A stretch of DNA of 64,000 nucleotides from Verrucomicrobiota bacterium (GTDB lineage Bacteria; Verrucomicrobiota; Verrucomicrobiia; Limisphaerales; AAA164-E04), in contig CP170459.1 of assembly GCA_047947115.1 (NCBI GenBank), positions 2,304,001 through 2,368,000 on the forward strand, given 5' to 3'. Positions 10,747 through 20,513 of the stretch are shown here, in pieces. Both the position numbers and the translations under genes were made by a program. Positions within the stretch are counted from its first letter, which is position 1, and every line of letters begins with the position of its first letter. Below the pieces are notes generated by a model. That model searched no databases. It was given only the letters and a program-made list of their open reading frames with translations, and was not told the DNA's origin.

Positions 10747-12312
10747 TTATGGTTGCCCGGCCCAGGTGATTGTGTCTTCCACTTCGGAAGGTTCATCGGC
10801 CAGCATGACTTTGTCTTCCCCCAAACCCTTTTCGATGGATTCCACCACCTGAGTCATGGAGTGTTGAATCTTATTGGTCAGTAAGCTCGGGAAGATCCCG
10901 AACAAAAGCAAGGAGGCGATCAGAAGGGCGAAAGGTAGTTTCACCCAGTAGTTGGCGGGATCTTTGAGGCCGGAGGCTGAATCCGCCAGAGGACCGTGCA
11001 GGATGTTTCGAACGGCCCGCAAAGCATAAAGCGCTCCAATGATCAACGCGCCCCATGCCGTGCCGACCACAAACCAGGGGAGCGAAGTCCAGGCACCGAA
11101 GAGAACGGTGACTTCACCTGCAAAGTTGGCAAAACCCGGCAATCCGCAACCAGCCATCATGGCCATTACCAGAAGCGTTCCAATAAACGGCATCTGTTTC
11201 AAAACGCCACCGTATTGATCGATCTCGAGTGTTTTCTTTTGATCGTAAAGGTATCCACTCAAGCCGAAAGAAAGGGCGGCCAGAAACCCGTGGGCGATCA
11301 TCACCAGCACCGCGCCGCTCAAACCGATCAAGTTCATGCTCGCGATTCCCAGGAAAACAAATCCCATATGGGCGACGCTGGAATTTCCAATCAGCAGGTT
11401 CAGGTTCTTCTGGCGCATGGCGACCCAACCGCAGAAAAGAATGTTCCCCATGCACAGCCAGGCCAGCACCTCCAGCCAGGCTTGGGCTCCTTGAGGGGCG
11501 AGGGGAAGGGCGATGCGGATCAAACCGTAAATGCCGAATTTCTTCAACACTCCCGCATGCAACATGGCGGTGGCGGTGGGAGCCGCCCCATATCCAATTG
11601 GCGCCCAGGTGTGAAATGGCCAAAGGGAAACCAGAATGCCAAATCCGAACAACAGGAACCCGAAGATGGCCGTTTGGGACGTCGGATGAAGCGGGTTTTC
11701 ACGGAGTTGATTGGTCAGGGTAATCAAATCAAAGGTCTTGGCCCCGGACTGAACATACAGCAACACCAAACCCGCCAGCGCCACCAACGCGCCCAGTGTC
11801 AAATAGAGCGTCATTTTATAGGTCGCGTAGTTCTTGTCTTCACCACGTCCCCAAACCCCGATCATGATGAAGGTCGGCACCAGCGCCAGTTCGTGGAAGA
11901 AGTAGAAAAAGAAAATATCAATCGACATGAATGCACCCAGAATCCCGCCAATCATGATTAACATCAGGAAATGAAACTCCTTGATGCGGTCTTGAATGCT
12001 GGCCGATACACAAACTGCGGCAAAACTGACAATGGCTCCCATCAGGATCAACCCGATGTTGATGCCGTCTGCTCCAACTTGATAATTGATATCCAGCGAA
12101 GTGACCCAGGCCACCTTCTGGTAAAACTTGTAACCTCCTTCACCTTCGGCCGCCCCGTTAAAAGTCAGGAACGCCAGAATGGCGCAGAGCATGGAAAGTC
12201 CTGTGGTTGCCAACGCCACAGTCCGAATGCCACCCTTGGCCGATTTGGGCATCAGGGCAATCACGCCCGCACCGAGTAGTGGTAAAGCTAGTATGAATGT
12301 TAAAATAGACAT
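10747..12312 (-). CDS. nuoM: NADH-quinone oxidoreductase subunit M
   Basis: PFHTWAP, SSVAHMG, GLPGFANFAGE motifs. Confidence 0.96.
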   Translation of the reverse strand: MSILTFILALPLLGAGVIALMPKSAKGGIRTVALATTGLSMLCAILAFLTFNGAAEGEGGYKFYQKVAWVTSLDINYQVGADGINIGLILMGAIVSFAAVCVSASIQDRIKEFHFLMLIMIGGILGAFMSIDIFFFYFFHELALVPTFIMIGVWGRGEDKNYATYKMTLYLTLGALVALAGLVLLYVQSGAKTFDLITLTNQLRENPLHPTSQTAIFGFLLFGFGILVSLWPFHTWAPIGYGAAPTATAMLHAGVLKKFGIYGLIRIALPLAPQGAQAWLEVLAWLCMGNILFCGWVAMRQKNLNLLIGNSSVAHMGFVFLGIASMNLIGLSGAVLVMIAHGFLAALSFGLSGYLYDQKKTLEIDQYGGVLKQMPFIGTLLVMAMMAGCGLPGFANFAGEVTVLFGAWTSLPWFVVGTAWGALIIGALYALRAVRNILHGPLADSASGLKDPANYWVKLPFALLIASLLLFGIFPSLLTNKIQHSMTQVVESIEKGLGEDKVMLADEPSEVEDTITWAGQP

Positions 12313-12318
12313 GATCTT

Positions 12319-14172
12319 TTACAGGATTCCTCCAATCACGAAATAGAGCACGAACGCCACACCCAGCACGAACAGGAAGGCGTAGGTCTGGATGCTGCCG
12401 GTTTGGAACAGGCGGATGCCACGTCCAAGCACATCCACCACGTTGTAAAGTCCTTTGACAACAAAACCACCCAGAACCGCACGATCCAGCCAGCCCGCCA
12501 GTTTGGAAATGGCTTCATGGGTGATGAAAATCAATCCGCTGAATATTTCGTCGAAATACAACCGGTTCTTCAATGCGGTGGAAAGACCGTGCAGATTGTC
12601 GGCGATGGGATCCGTTTCACGTTGCTTGCCGTAAAGCGCCCAGGCAACGCTTCCACCTATCAAAAGAGCCAGAGTACTGAAAGCCATCGCCAGTGGGGCT
12701 TCGGTATGGCCCCCTGCGTGCTCGATGCCGATACCGCTGTTGACAAAAGATTCGATTGGAAGCCAGCCAGAAATGATGGATGGGATCAGCAGGATCCAAA
12801 GAGGACCGGTCATCACCGAAGGAGACTCATGGGCATGCGACGCGGAGTCCGAACGGTTGGAACCGTGGAAGGCTATCAAGACCAGGCGTGCCATGTAGAG
12901 TGTCGTGAGGACAGCTGCCAATACTCCGAATGCAAACAACACCATGTTCCCGTGGTGGCGGAAATCCGCTGCCGCTGCCAGGATACCGTCCTTACTGAAG
13001 AATCCGCTCAAAGGAAACACACCGCAGAGTGCCAGGGTGCCAATCAAAAAAGTCTTATAAGTAGCGGGCATCTTCTCTTTCAGTCCGCCCATCTTCCAGA
13101 TGTCCTGTTCGTGATGCAGTGCGTGAATCACTGAGCCGGCGCCGAGGAACAGCATGGCTTTGAAAAAGGCGTGTGTGGTCAGATGAAACATCGCCGCTCC
13201 GGGCGCATGCAAACCCACCGCCATTACCATATAACCCAATTGGGACAGGGTGGAGTAGGCGAGGATGCGTTTGATATCGTTTTGCTGGAGTGCGATGACC
13301 GCCGCCATCAAAGCCGTGATCCCGCCAATCCATGCAATGACCATGAGCGCGTCCGGGCTGAGCAGAAAGAAAATGCGGCAGAGCATGAACACGCCGGCGG
13401 CCACCATGGTCGCGGCATGGATCAGAGCACTGACCGGAGTCGGACCTTCCATGGCATCCGGTAGCCAGACGTGCAACGGAAACTGAGCCGACTTACCCAT
13501 CGCACCACAGAAAAGCAACACTCCGGCGAGGCCGGCGGTCGCCCCAAGGACTTCCGGGTTGGCTCCAAAGATTCCCTGCAGTTCCGTGAAATTCAACGAT
13601 CCGGCAGCCGCCCAGACCATGATGATGCCGAGGATGAATCCGAAGTCACCGATACGATTGGTCAAAAAAGCTTTCTTGGAAGCGTCGGCTGCCGCAGGAC
13701 GTTCATACCAGAAACCGATCAGCAGGTAACTCGAAACACCCACCAATTCCCAGAAGATGAACATCTGCATGAAATTCGAAGCCAGCACAATGCCCAGCAT
13801 CGAAAAGGTAAACATGCTCAAACAGGCAAAATAACGGCTGTAGGAACGATCGCCTTTCATGTATCCCTGCGAATACCAGTGGATCAAGGACCCCACGCCC
13901 GTCACGACCAGCAACATCAAGCTGCTCAGCGCATCAATTCGAACGCCCAAAGTGGCTTGAAAATCACCGATCGAGATCCAGGTGATGTTGTGTTCTCCGG
14001 AGGTACCTCCGGTCAGGAAAATGAGAAGGCTGAGCACGAAACCGCCAATGACGGCGCCGATCGAGATCTTCGCGCTGAGCTTGTCGTTTTTCAGGGTGAA
14101 GAGCGTGATCAGAGCGGCCGATACCAACGGTAACAGCAGAACGATCCAGGCCAGACTAAATGCTCCAGTCAT
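12319..14172 (-). CDS. nuoL: NADH-quinone oxidoreductase subunit L
   Basis: GKSAQFPLHVWLPDAMEGPTPVSALIHAATMV, THAFFKA motifs. Confidence 0.97.
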   Translation of the reverse strand: MTGAFSLAWIVLLLPLVSAALITLFTLKNDKLSAKISIGAVIGGFVLSLLIFLTGGTSGEHNITWISIGDFQATLGVRIDALSSLMLLVVTGVGSLIHWYSQGYMKGDRSYSRYFACLSMFTFSMLGIVLASNFMQMFIFWELVGVSSYLLIGFWYERPAAADASKKAFLTNRIGDFGFILGIIMVWAAAGSLNFTELQGIFGANPEVLGATAGLAGVLLFCGAMGKSAQFPLHVWLPDAMEGPTPVSALIHAATMVAAGVFMLCRIFFLLSPDALMVIAWIGGITALMAAVIALQQNDIKRILAYSTLSQLGYMVMAVGLHAPGAAMFHLTTHAFFKAMLFLGAGSVIHALHHEQDIWKMGGLKEKMPATYKTFLIGTLALCGVFPLSGFFSKDGILAAAADFRHHGNMVLFAFGVLAAVLTTLYMARLVLIAFHGSNRSDSASHAHESPSVMTGPLWILLIPSIISGWLPIESFVNSGIGIEHAGGHTEAPLAMAFSTLALLIGGSVAWALYGKQRETDPIADNLHGLSTALKNRLYFDEIFSGLIFITHEAISKLAGWLDRAVLGGFVVKGLYNVVDVLGRGIRLFQTGSIQTYAFLFVLGVAFVLYFVIGGIL

Positions 14173-14191
14173 GTTCGAAAAAATCCAGGGA

Positions 14192-14494
14192 TTACAGTTT
14201 CAATGAGGTCAGATCGCCAACCTCGGTTGTTTGACGTTTACGGTAGAGGGCCACGATCAAGGCCAACCCAACGGCGACTTCAGCCGCCGCCACCGTGATG
14301 ACGAAAAAGACCATCACCTGTCCGTCGATGGTGTCGGTGAAACGGGAAAAGGAGACCAATGCGAGGTTTGCCGCGTTGAGCATCAATTCCAGTCCCATGT
14401 AAATAACGATCAGATTGCGCCGCAAAATCACGCCCATCATTCCAAGGCTGAACAGCAGCGCGCTGACGATCAGGTATTGTTCAAGTCCGATCAT
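14192..14494 (-). CDS. nuoK: NADH-quinone oxidoreductase subunit K
   Basis: [21 protein letters not shown]. Confidence 0.96.
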   Translation of the reverse strand: MIGLEQYLIVSALLFSLGMMGVILRRNLIVIYMGLELMLNAANLALVSFSRFTDTIDGQVMVFFVITVAAAEVAVGLALIVALYRKRQTTEVGDLTSLKL

Positions 14495-14498
14495 GTTG

Positions 14499-14999
14499 TT
14501 ATCTCAAATTCTTTTTACTTAACAGAATGACACCGATCATGCCGACCAGCAGCAGCACGCCCATGATTTCAAAAGGCAGCACGTAATCGGTAAACAGTTT
14601 CATTCCCAGATCCTTGGTGGTGCCTTCCATGTGCGGGTGAAGGTCTTTGCCGACTCCCGATGCCAGGATGGCTTTAATCAGCATCCCGCCCACGCTGAGC
14701 AATCCCAGCAATCCGAGCACGACGCCGAAGAGGTTGTAATGTTGCCGTTCCACTTCCTTGACATCAAGCAGCATGATGACAAACAGGAACAGCACAATGA
14801 CCGCGCCTGCGTAGACCATCACCTGCACTGCGGCCAGGAAGAAGGCGTTCAGCAATACAAAGAGTCCGGCCATGGACACAATGGTCAGGACCAGGAACAT
14901 GGCGCTGGTTACGGGGTTGCGGGTGAACGGATTGGCGACGACCAAAAAGCCGCAAATCAGTGTCAGCGCCGAAAAAATGTAAAACAACAATTCTTGCAT
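14499..14999 (-). CDS. nuoJ: NADH-quinone oxidoreductase subunit J
   Basis: [30 protein letters not shown] motifs. Confidence 0.96.
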   Translation of the reverse strand: MQELLFYIFSALTLICGFLVVANPFTRNPVTSAMFLVLTIVSMAGLFVLLNAFFLAAVQVMVYAGAVIVLFLFVIMLLDVKEVERQHYNLFGVVLGLLGLLSVGGMLIKAILASGVGKDLHPHMEGTTKDLGMKLFTDYVLPFEIMGVLLLVGMIGVILLSKKNLR

Positions 15000-15094
15000 G
15001 GATTCGTTTGTCTTATCGCAGGTCGCTTGAGCGTTGCCTGCATTCGTTGTTTCTCAAGACCGAATGGGTTCGTATTCCTTTTCTTGACGATGGA

Positions 15095-15625
15095 TCAGTG
15101 GCCGCTCTGGGCTGCTGCGTCCTCCGCTTTTTTGTCCCACTTTTTCACGTCGCTGTCCCGAACACCGCCGAGTTCCAGCAACTTGGTCTTGTTGTAAATC
15201 ATTTCCTCCCGCGATTCACCGGTCAGCGAATAATCCTTTTGCAGGAAGATGGCTTCCTCCGGGCATACTTCCTGGCAGTAGCCGCAGAAGATGCAACGGA
15301 GCATGTTGATTTCAAATTCTTTTGGTTCCTTCTCAATGTTGCCCCGGGCTGCATTGACCTCCGGTCCGGGAGGTGTGATCTTGATCGCTTTGGGCGGACA
15401 GACGAATTCGCAGAGTTGGCAAGATACACACTTCGTGCGGTCCTTGGAATCTTTCACCAGGTAAGGTGCGCCCCGGTAGCCTTCCGGTACGGTCCATTTT
15501 TCTTCCGGATACTGCATGGTCACCTTCTTGCGGAAGAGATGTGATACGGTGACCTTGAACCCACTGATAAGGGTGGGAATGTAAAGTTTTTCGAACCAGG
15601 TGAGGGGAGTGCGTTTTATTTTCAT
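15095..15625 (-). CDS. nuoI: NADH-quinone oxidoreductase subunit I
   Basis: Two CxxCxxCxxxCP motifs (CVSCQLCEFVCP, CIFCGYCQEVCP); start at ATG 15625. Confidence 0.96.
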   Translation of the reverse strand: MKIKRTPLTWFEKLYIPTLISGFKVTVSHLFRKKVTMQYPEEKWTVPEGYRGAPYLVKDSKDRTKCVSCQLCEFVCPPKAIKITPPGPEVNAARGNIEKEPKEFEINMLRCIFCGYCQEVCPEEAIFLQKDYSLTGESREEMIYNKTKLLELGGVRDSDVKKWDKKAEDAAAQSGH

Positions 15626-15642
15626 GCGTTTCTTCTCCTCGA

Positions 15643-16686
15643 TTACAGGTGTTGCATCCACAGAATGGCTGCGGTGATGATGATGTTGGCCAGTGCCAGC
15701 GGCAGGAATCGCCGCCAACCCAGATCCATCAGTTGATCATAGCGGAATCGTGGGATCATCCAGCGAATCCAGATAAAGAAAACCATAAAACAGGCCACTT
15801 TGCCCAGAAATACCAGGATGTGGGCAATGCCGCCGGCGATGCTCGTGGCGGCTTCGTTCAAGCCGAAGAACGGTAACGTCCAACCGCCGAAGAACAAGGT
15901 CACCATCAAGGCCGACACCGCGATCATGGCTGCGTATTCGCCCATGAAGAACAGGGCGAATTTCATAGAACTGTATTCGGTGTTGTAGCCGGACACCAAT
16001 TCGGTCTCCGATTCCGGAAGATCGAAGGGCAGACGATTGGTTTCTGCAAATGCGGCCACCAGGAAAATGACGAATGCGATCGGCTGCTTGAACACCAACC
16101 AGGCGCCGTTCGCCTGATACTCGATCACTTTGCCGAGGTTTAAATCACCCACGAGCATGAATACCGGTACCGCTGCCATTCCCATGGCGATTTCATAAGA
16201 AATCATCTGAGCACTGGCTCGGATGCCACCCAGAAACGGATACTTGGAATTGGAAGCCCATCCGGCCAGCACGATGCCGTAAACACCGAGCGATACCACA
16301 CTGAACGTGTAAAGAATGCCGACATTCAGGTTGGCAATAACCATTGCCTGGGTACCCATCACCGATCCGAACGGAATCACCGCAATCGTAAGAAACGCAG
16401 GGATCATGGATACCGCCGGGGCGATGATGAAATAGACTTTGCGAACGTGCGAGGGTGTGAAGTCTTCCTTGAGGAAGGATTTCAAACCGTCCGCGAGAGG
16501 CTGCAGCAATCCAAAAGGCCCCACACGATTCGGGCCGATACGGTCCTGAATGGCGGCGCTCAGGCGTCGTTCCAGCATGACGGAATACGCCACCATGGGC
16601 ATCACCACCGCAAAGGCCATGACGACTTTCAGGGCGCTGAAAAACAGGAACGTGCCCCAATGAGATGAATCATTCAAAAAGTCCAT
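15643..16686 (-). CDS. nuoH: NADH-quinone oxidoreductase subunit H
   Basis: QDRIGPNRVGPFGLLQ, AETNRLPFDLPESE, PRFRYDQLM; start at ATG 16686. Confidence 0.97.
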   Translation of the reverse strand: MDFLNDSSHWGTFLFFSALKVVMAFAVVMPMVAYSVMLERRLSAAIQDRIGPNRVGPFGLLQPLADGLKSFLKEDFTPSHVRKVYFIIAPAVSMIPAFLTIAVIPFGSVMGTQAMVIANLNVGILYTFSVVSLGVYGIVLAGWASNSKYPFLGGIRASAQMISYEIAMGMAAVPVFMLVGDLNLGKVIEYQANGAWLVFKQPIAFVIFLVAAFAETNRLPFDLPESETELVSGYNTEYSSMKFALFFMGEYAAMIAVSALMVTLFFGGWTLPFFGLNEAATSIAGGIAHILVFLGKVACFMVFFIWIRWMIPRFRYDQLMDLGWRRFLPLALANIIITAAILWMQHL

Positions 16687-16706
16687 ATGTGTGTTTCCGC
16701 TCTTGA

Positions 16707-18422
16707 TTAAATATTGATATCCACTCCCAGATCCCCGAGGTCTTTCCATTGAACGCCATTGAATGCGGAAACGCTGGCGCTCATTTCATTGAACAATCCT
16801 GGCAGGTTGTCGGCGGGTTGTTTGCCGGTGATCTTGATCACGAGTTCGCGCAACCATTCCCAATCAGGACGTGCATTTCCCGGGGCTTCGATGGCTTTCT
16901 GGAACTTCTGGACACGGCCCTTGCCATTGACGAAGGAACCGCGTTTTTCCAGATGGGCCGCACCCGGCAGCACGAAATCGGCCTTGTCCGCCGCATGGCT
17001 GCCCAGGATGTCGCTCACCACCAGCAGGTCCAGCTTGCCGATCATGGCATCATCGATACCCACCCGCGTGATGTTTTCTCCGAACGAAAGCAAGGTTTTG
17101 ATCTTACCCGACTCAATGCCCTCGTCGACCCTGGCGATTTGGATCCCCATTTCACTGAAGGCGACGCCCAATACACGCGCACCGTTGCTGTTGGGGTTTT
17201 TGTCTGCCTGAACCAGGAAATTATCCGATTCACCCTGACGCGGTATGCAATCCGTGATGGCCTGGAAATGATCCGCCAGCAGTTTGATCAGGTATAGTTC
17301 TTCATTGCTTGCGCGAGCGGAAGCGATGATGGCGACCGAGCCGGGCTCCGCTTTTGCCAGGCGTTCCGAAAGTTCCTTGATGAGGGTGGGCCACGCTACT
17401 TTGCGCTGATTGCCATCGCGTTCGCGAATGATGCAGTCAGTCAGGCGGTCTTCGCGATTGACCCATTTGTAGTTCAAACGACCTTCATCACACATCCAAC
17501 AGGCATTGACCGCGTCGTTGTCACGGGGTTCGTAACGATAGACTTTATTCTCGCGTGAGCCGACGACGATGTTGCATCCGGTCGAACAACTGGTGCAGAT
17601 GGATTTGGCCTCCTTCATGAACCAGACACGCATCTGGAACCGGAAATCTTTGGACGTCAGAGCTCCCACCGGACAAATGTCGACGGTGTTCAGGGTGTAA
17701 TTGTTTTCAAACCTGGAACCCGGGAAGGTGGCGATGGAATTATAACTGCCGCGATCAACAATGCCCAGGGCATCATCATTGACAATGTCACGGCTGAAAC
17801 GGATGCAACGGGTGCAGAGCACGCAACGTTCGGCATCCAGCATGATGCGGGGTCCGAGGTCGACCTGTTTGGGTTTGGCAACTTTGGTTTCCGCGAACTG
17901 GCTTTTGGCCTGTCCGTGTTCCATGGAGTATTCCTGCAGTTTGCATTCGCCGGCCTGATCGCAGATCGGACAGTCGAGCGGATGATTGATCAACAGGGAT
18001 TCCAGCACCGCTTCCCGCATCATCTTGGTGTTGTCGGAATGTGTGTGGATTTCCATGTTCGGCGCCACCGGGGTCGCGCAGGCAATGGCCCCGCGGGGCA
18101 GGGAAGGATCGTAGGGTAGCACTCCCTTTTGAATTTTAGGGGTGCCGTCTTCGTTTAAAATGGGCTTGCGATCGCGTCCCATCGCCGGCATGCCGATTTC
18201 CACCAGGCACATGCGGCAGTTGCCGGAAACCGGCAGCTTGGGATGGTAACAATAGTGCGGGATTTCCTTCCCGACCTGCTTGCAGGCCTGCAGGATCGTG
18301 GTGGGCACCGGGTTGCCCTGCCAGTCGGGCGTCGTCTTGGGGACCTCCACAGTCACGCCATCTACCTTGACGGTGACGGTCTCGACAGGTTTTGATTCAG
18401 CTTTTGTCGTTTCGGTAGCCAT
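16707..18422 (-). CDS. nuoG: NADH-quinone oxidoreductase subunit G (short form)
   Basis: IPHYCYH..GNCRMCLVE, NHPLDCPICDQAGEC, CVLCTRCIRF, CPVGAL, CTSCSTGC; start at ATG 18422. Confidence 0.95.
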   Translation of the reverse strand: MATETTKAESKPVETVTVKVDGVTVEVPKTTPDWQGNPVPTTILQACKQVGKEIPHYCYHPKLPVSGNCRMCLVEIGMPAMGRDRKPILNEDGTPKIQKGVLPYDPSLPRGAIACATPVAPNMEIHTHSDNTKMMREAVLESLLINHPLDCPICDQAGECKLQEYSMEHGQAKSQFAETKVAKPKQVDLGPRIMLDAERCVLCTRCIRFSRDIVNDDALGIVDRGSYNSIATFPGSRFENNYTLNTVDICPVGALTSKDFRFQMRVWFMKEAKSICTSCSTGCNIVVGSRENKVYRYEPRDNDAVNACWMCDEGRLNYKWVNREDRLTDCIIRERDGNQRKVAWPTLIKELSERLAKAEPGSVAIIASARASNEELYLIKLLADHFQAITDCIPRQGESDNFLVQADKNPNSNGARVLGVAFSEMGIQIARVDEGIESGKIKTLLSFGENITRVGIDDAMIGKLDLLVVSDILGSHAADKADFVLPGAAHLEKRGSFVNGKGRVQKFQKAIEAPGNARPDWEWLRELVIKITGKQPADNLPGLFNEMSASVSAFNGVQWKDLGDLGVDINI

Positions 18423-18429
18423 GGTGGAG

Positions 18430-19845
18430 TTATTTCGCTGCGGTTGCCGCGCCTTCCTTGTTGGGTTCGCCTTCAGCCGGCTGTACCGCCGCGCCTTTGG
18501 CTTCAAATTCGTCTTTGAATTTCTTCACAAAACTCAGCACCGGCCAGGAACTGGCTTCTCCAAAGGCGCAAATGGTACGCCCTTGAATGTTGGTAGCGAT
18601 GTGCGTGAGGTATTCCGCATCTTCCTTGCGTCCCTTGCCGGATGTCAATCGATTCAAAGCCTTGCTCATCCAGAGGGATCCTTCGCGACAAGGCGTGCAC
18701 TGACCACAGCTTTCATGCGCATAGAAGGCGGACACGTTGGCCAGCACATCCACGATGTCCACACTGTCGTCCATCACGATAATGGCACTTGAACCGGACA
18801 TGGTGCCGGCGGCCATGAGGGAGTCGAAGTCATAGGGAATGTCGAGCATGTCGACTTCGACCGATTCCATCTCACCGTCCTTGTTCGGACGTTTCATGTT
18901 AAATTTTTCACCGGCCTTCAACACCTTGGCGGATGATCCACCCGGGATAACGGCTTTCAGGGAACGTCCTTCCCGCAGACCTCCACCGAAGTTTTCGTGG
19001 AAGATGAGTTCACCCAAAGTGACCTTGCCTACCTCGATTTCGTAGTAGCCGGGCTTCTTGACCTGACCGCTCAGACTGACGATGCGGGTTCCCGTGTTGC
19101 GCGGGGTGCCGAGCTTGGCGTATTCGGCGCCGCCCATTTCAATAATGTGACGCACTGCGCAGAGTGTCTCCACGTTGTTGACAATTGTGGGACACATGTA
19201 AAGCCCCAGCACCGCAGGAAAGAACGGGGGTTTGATGCGTGGGTAAGCGCGTTTGCCTTCTAAAGATTCGATCAATCCTGTTTCTTCACCACAGATATAG
19301 GCACCTGCTCCGCGATGGACATGGATTTCCAGGTCGAATCCGCTGCCGAGAATGTTTTTGCCCAGGAATCCTTTTTCGCGGGCTTCGTTCAAAGCCTTGT
19401 TCAGCAGCTTGGCTCCGTTGGGGAATTCCCCCCGGATGTAAATATAGGCAAGGTTCACATCATTGGCGAAGGCGCTGATGATCATGCCTTCGACCAATTG
19501 ATGCGGATCTTTGTGAATGATCTGGCGATCCTTAAAGGTGCCGGGTTCGGATTCGTCCGCGTTGCAGATCAGGTAAATAGGCTTGCCACTGCGGCGATCC
19601 ACGAAGGACCATTTAAGACCACAGGAAAAACCGGCGCCCCCACGACCGCGCAGTCCGCTGGTCATGACCTCGTCTCGGATCTGTTCCTGAGGCGTTTTGG
19701 TCTTGCCGTCCTCGATTTCTTTGGGCTGGATCGCCAAGGCTTTCTTCAACGATTCATATCCGCCGTGCGACATATAGCAGTCGATGTCCGGTGTGTAACC
19801 GGGCTCGTCCGCCTTTTTCAAAATGAGTCGAAATTCTTCTGGCAT
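18430..19845 (-). CDS. nuoF: NADH-quinone oxidoreductase subunit F
   Basis: GLRGRGGAGF, NADESEPGTFKDR, GAGAYICGEET, HESCGQCTPCREG. Confidence 0.98.
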   Translation of the reverse strand: MPEEFRLILKKADEPGYTPDIDCYMSHGGYESLKKALAIQPKEIEDGKTKTPQEQIRDEVMTSGLRGRGGAGFSCGLKWSFVDRRSGKPIYLICNADESEPGTFKDRQIIHKDPHQLVEGMIISAFANDVNLAYIYIRGEFPNGAKLLNKALNEAREKGFLGKNILGSGFDLEIHVHRGAGAYICGEETGLIESLEGKRAYPRIKPPFFPAVLGLYMCPTIVNNVETLCAVRHIIEMGGAEYAKLGTPRNTGTRIVSLSGQVKKPGYYEIEVGKVTLGELIFHENFGGGLREGRSLKAVIPGGSSAKVLKAGEKFNMKRPNKDGEMESVEVDMLDIPYDFDSLMAAGTMSGSSAIIVMDDSVDIVDVLANVSAFYAHESCGQCTPCREGSLWMSKALNRLTSGKGRKEDAEYLTHIATNIQGRTICAFGEASSWPVLSFVKKFKDEFEAKGAAVQPAEGEPNKEGAATAAK

Positions 19846-19864
19846 TGAAATCCGTTCTGCTTGC

Positions 19865-19892
19865 TTGACTCTTAAATTGCTTTTGCTATGGT
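19865..19892 (+). promoter_or_regulatory. Sigma70-type promoter for tRNA-Gln
   Basis: TTGACT-16 nt-TATGGT with an extended -10 TG, 18 nt upstream of the tRNA. Confidence 0.55.
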
Positions 19893-19910
19893 CTCGCGCC
19901 TTGGTCTATT

Positions 19911-19984
19911 TGCCGGATGGTGTAACGGTAGCACAGCAGTCTCTGAATCTGCTTGTCATGGTTCGAATCCATGTCCGGCAGCCA
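19911..19984 (+). tRNA. tRNA-Gln(CUG)
   Basis: Acceptor TGCCGGA/TCCGGCA, anticodon loop CTCTGAA, T loop TTCGAAT, encoded CCA; U1-A72 fits Gln. Confidence 0.95.
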
Positions 19985-20027
19985 CCTCTTCCATCAACTT
20001 GTTTCACAAAGCCCGATTTCATTCGCT

Positions 20028-20513
20028 TTATTGGCATTTGCCCATGATTTCGTCAGCTCTTTCGTGGCTGACGCCTTCGTAAAAATCATCATTGATCATC
20101 ATCACCGGCGCGGTGCCACAACTGGCCAGGCATTCCACAAACTCCACCGAGAATTTGCCGTCCGATGCGGTCTGTAACCCGTGCTTCCTGCTGTCCAATC
20201 CCAGTTTGGAACAAATGTGACCGTGTAATTTGCCGGAACCTCCGAGCGCACAACTCAAGGTGCGGCAGACTTTCACCACGTACTTTCCGGCGGGTTCCTG
20301 CCGGAACATCGGATAAAAGGTGACCAGTTCATACACATTGATCGGTTTCAACTCCAGTTTGGAGGCGATCCACTCAATGGCTTCCTTCGACACATAACCT
20401 AAGTGCTCCTGTATCGCATGCAGCAGCATGACGGAGGCGCTTCGTTTCTCCGGATAATGCGTGATCAGTTCGTCGATCTCGGCTTCAAGTGTTTGTGGTA
20501 CGTTCAGGCTCAT
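20028..20513 (-). CDS. nuoE: NADH-quinone oxidoreductase subunit E
   Basis: CRTLSC and ECLASCGTAP 2Fe-2S ligands; TFYPMF. Confidence 0.96.
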   Translation of the reverse strand: MSLNVPQTLEAEIDELITHYPEKRSASVMLLHAIQEHLGYVSKEAIEWIASKLELKPINVYELVTFYPMFRQEPAGKYVVKVCRTLSCALGGSGKLHGHICSKLGLDSRKHGLQTASDGKFSVEFVECLASCGTAPVMMINDDFYEGVSHERADEIMGKCQ

